Shown piece by piece: positions 60,899 to 64,000 of a DNA stretch of 64,000 nt (positions within the stretch are counted from its first letter, which is position 1; each line of letters starts with the position of its first letter). The stretch comes from the human T2T-CHM13v2.0 reference genome, Homo sapiens. The stretch lies in the NCBI RefSeq assembly GCF_009914755.1, contig NC_060936.1. The stretch is one strand, 5' to 3'. The translations under genes were made by a program, and so were the position numbers. The notes below the pieces were generated by a model. That model was not told where the DNA came from, did not search any database, and saw only the letters and a program-made list of their open reading frames with translations.

Positions 60899-61090
60899 CA
60901 GGGCCACTATGAACAGTTGTGCAGGTTGCATGCTGCACAAGGGCACCACCAGCTGTGTGGATAACGAAGGGATAAAAATCCTGCCTGTGCCCTGCTTACA
61001 GAGCAAGCCATAAACACTGGCCCCAGGTACATCTGCTAGAATTGTTCTAATTCATAACATGGTGTCATGCAGGCTAGCATTAGCCCAAGG
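60899..61090. mobile_element. MER91-like hAT DNA transposon
   Basis: cagggccactatgaacagttgtgcaggttgcatgctgcacaagggcacc. Confidence 0.65.
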
Positions 61091-61206
61091 AAAAAGCAAC
61101 AGCTACTGAAAGACACTGCAGTCCCTAGGAAGTAAATAATGATTATCCCATTTTTAAGATGAGAAAACAGAGCTCACAGAGGCCAAGTGAATCACCCAAG
61201 GCTTTA

Positions 61207-61511
61207 CAGGAGTCTCTCCTTATTCTGAATCCCCAGTAGATGCCTGAAACCATGGATAATACTGAACCCTACATACATATATATTTTTTCCTATAATGCA
61301 AACCTATGATAAAGTTTAATTTATAAATTAGGTACAGTAACTAATAATAAAATAGAACAATTATAACAATGTACTGCAATAAGTTATGTGAATGTGATCT
61401 ATCTCTCTTCTAAATATCTCACTGTACCGTACTCATCTCTGTTCAGACAGCAGCAGACCACAGGTAACTGAAACTGGGAAAAGTAAAACCGCAAATAAGG
61501 GGGAACTACTG
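61207..61511. mobile_element. Tigger-derived MITE (MER47-like) inserted in a MIR (~61140-61575)
   Basis: TIRs caggagtctctccttatt / aataagggggaactactg; TA target duplication. Confidence 0.85.
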
Positions 61512-62334
61512 TACAGCAGCAAACAGTAGAGTCAGGATTCGAACCCAGGTCTGTGTGGCTCCAAAGCCTATGTTTTGCCTATCATAACCCACTCAACAAC
61601 CTGTAAGAGAAATGGGACCCACCAGGCTCCTAACAGCTTGAAGAAGAAGTGAGAGAAGTGGATTCTTGTGCCTCTTCTCTCTGAAAACCCAGTTAACCCC
61701 ATAGAAACAAACAATCCACTTAAGAAAGCCAACCCAAGCCCAAGACGGAACACTCCAAAAAAAAAAACAAAAACAAACTGTGTTTACAAACAGCTTGAAA
61801 GTCATGGTGTTCCTCTTAAAAAGGTAATTTCTTGCTTGGAACAGTGAGAAATTAGATGCAATCTGTTTTGATTTCTTTGCAATTTAGGACACGCTTTAGT
61901 GACCAATCTGCAGACATGCCAGTATCCTTCTGTCCTGAGGGTATGTTGGCTTAGTTTGTGTCTCTGTTCATAAAGGAAGTCTAAATCATCCCACAGGAAG
62001 AGTGGCCTAGAATTTATACCACAGGCATGGAGACAGGCTGAGCAGCCTCTTCCTGGATATTATTATTAATAAGAATAAGAATAATTACCATTTACTGGGC
62101 TTTTACTGTGTGTCATGTCTGGTGCTGAAAACATCCATCACCACAAAACCTTACTGGGATGGGGTTGGGGGGATATTTTTGGGTACTCAGCATCTGAACA
62201 CCCTTCCTCTGTAGGAGGAAAATCCCCCACTGGGCAGTTCTTGGTAGGAGCTGGACCTGTCTCCCTCCACAAGAGCAAAAGAGGCTAGAAATCCGTGAGC
62301 TCCCCATGATCCTTTCAATATATTTCATTTCTAA

Positions 62335-62745
62335 AAAATAGACTTTTAAATTCACAACAAAATTGAGAGGAAGATACAGATTTCCCATATATCCCCTTCC
62401 CCCAACATCCTCCCCCACTGTCAACATCCCACACAGAGTGGTCCATTTGTTACAAATGACGAACCTACATTGACACATCATCACCCAAAGTCCGTAATAA
62501 TATGTGCCCACCAGTACAGTCTCATGCAGAGTCGTTTTGCTGCCCTGAAAATCCCACCTACTCATCCCTTCCTCTGCCCTAACACCTGGCAACCCCTAAT
62601 CCTTTTACTGTCCCCATCATTTTGCCTTTTGCAAAATGTCACATCACTGAAATCATACCATGTGTGGCCTTTTCAGTTGGCTTCTTCCTCTTAGCAATGT
62701 GCATTCCATTAAGTTTCCTCCACCTCTTTTCATGCCTTGATGGCT
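62335..62745 (-). mobile_element. L1MC-like 3' end
   Basis: catttgttacaaatgacgaacctacattgacacatcatcacccaaagtcc; flanked by tcatttcta on both sides. Confidence 0.8.
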
Positions 62746-63176
62746 CATTTCTACATTCTATTTTTGCTTACATTCACCAAAGTCTATTTCTGTTGTTAGC
62801 ATCCAAGCACCCTGCTACAAAAAAAGTGTTGTTATCCCCATTTTACAGATTAAAAAAAAAAAAACAAAACCCTGAGACTCAGCGAGACAAGACTAGGTGG
62901 AAGAGTAGAAAAGCTACAAAGGGCAGAGGAAAGCTGCAGGAGGCACAACGCAGGCGGCACGATGCAGTTGGCAGAAGTGCAGTTTTGTAATCAGGAACTT
63001 GGATATGAGGGCCGGCTTCATCACTTACCCGCTGGGGGGAGCCTCTGGAAAGTTGCTTAACTTCTCTCAATTTCTTCATCCATAAAGAAACGGGTCTCCA
63101 TTTCTTCATCCATAAAATTCAGGCTACTGTGCCTGTAACAAGCAATTCTTGAGAGTATTAAAAGAAATCATGTATA

Positions 63177-63469
<293 letters not shown>

Positions 63470-63470
<1 letters not shown>

Positions 63471-63479
63471 AGAAAAAAA

Positions 63480-63552
<73 letters not shown>

Positions 63553-63570
63553 AGAAGGAAAGAAAGATGA

Positions 63571-63634
<64 letters not shown>

Positions 63635-63655
63635 AGGAAAGAAAGAAAGGAAGAA
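63470..63655 (+). repeat. (GAAA)n tetranucleotide microsatellite derived from the Alu tail
   Basis: About 180 bp of GAAA units with a few interruptions. Confidence 0.97.
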
Positions 63656-64000
63656 ATCATGTATATATTGCACTTAACACAGTGCCTGGCTCAACATGTG
63701 TTAGCTGTGGTATCTGTTATTGTTATTATTTGTGTTCTGTGTTCATTAACCTAATTCTATCCTACCCTGTTATAAGCCAGGATCATCTGACCATCTGGAA
63801 GGATTCTGTTTGCTCTATTTTGTCCTCTCCTCAACCCCCAGAGTCGCAGGTGACGGAAAGGAGAGGGTGAGTGACCCTTCTGCCTGGAGATTCTTGACAT
63901 GAGGTAACTTCTGAAACCAGACATTCCATCTGCTTCTTTCCATATCTCAGGGGAACCCTAGCACAAGGCAGTGGGGGCTCAGCCTGTGCTCATTGATTAC

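Noticed and set aside
63070-63116. 17-bp direct repeat atttcttcatccataaa with a 13-bp spacer (similar small duplications at 14530-14584 and 33229-33254)
   Set aside because: Only two units, inside MIR/L2 remnants; ordinary slippage duplications, not an array or CRISPR-like structure.

Overview
Primate (most likely human or great ape) non-coding genomic DNA. I could not identify the locus. I find no credible protein-coding exon, RNA gene, CRISPR array or CpG island; every long ORF in the track is explained by transposon remnants or simple repeats. Most of the window is interspersed repeats: about 30 Alus, many MIR/L2 fragments, old L1s, MaLR/ERVL/ERV1 LTRs and hAT/Tigger DNA transposons. Subfamily names are from recalled consensus sequences, and boundaries of old elements are approximate. 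I do not see a new gene system. The most unusual structure is non-transposon: a 184-bp inverted duplication (25076-25259 vs 25731-25914, 3 mismatches, 471-bp spacer) whose inserted copy has a fold-back hairpin at both junctions. A third 41-bp copy of the same donor lies at 23454, and an older, independent 71-bp inverted duplication lies at 52175/53062. These look like templated-insertion (template-switch repair) scars, and the first could support a micro-inversion or arm-to-arm gene conversion. Two repeat-free, motif-dense blocks (about 10.9-11.5 kb and 50.1-50.5 kb) are enhancer candidates.
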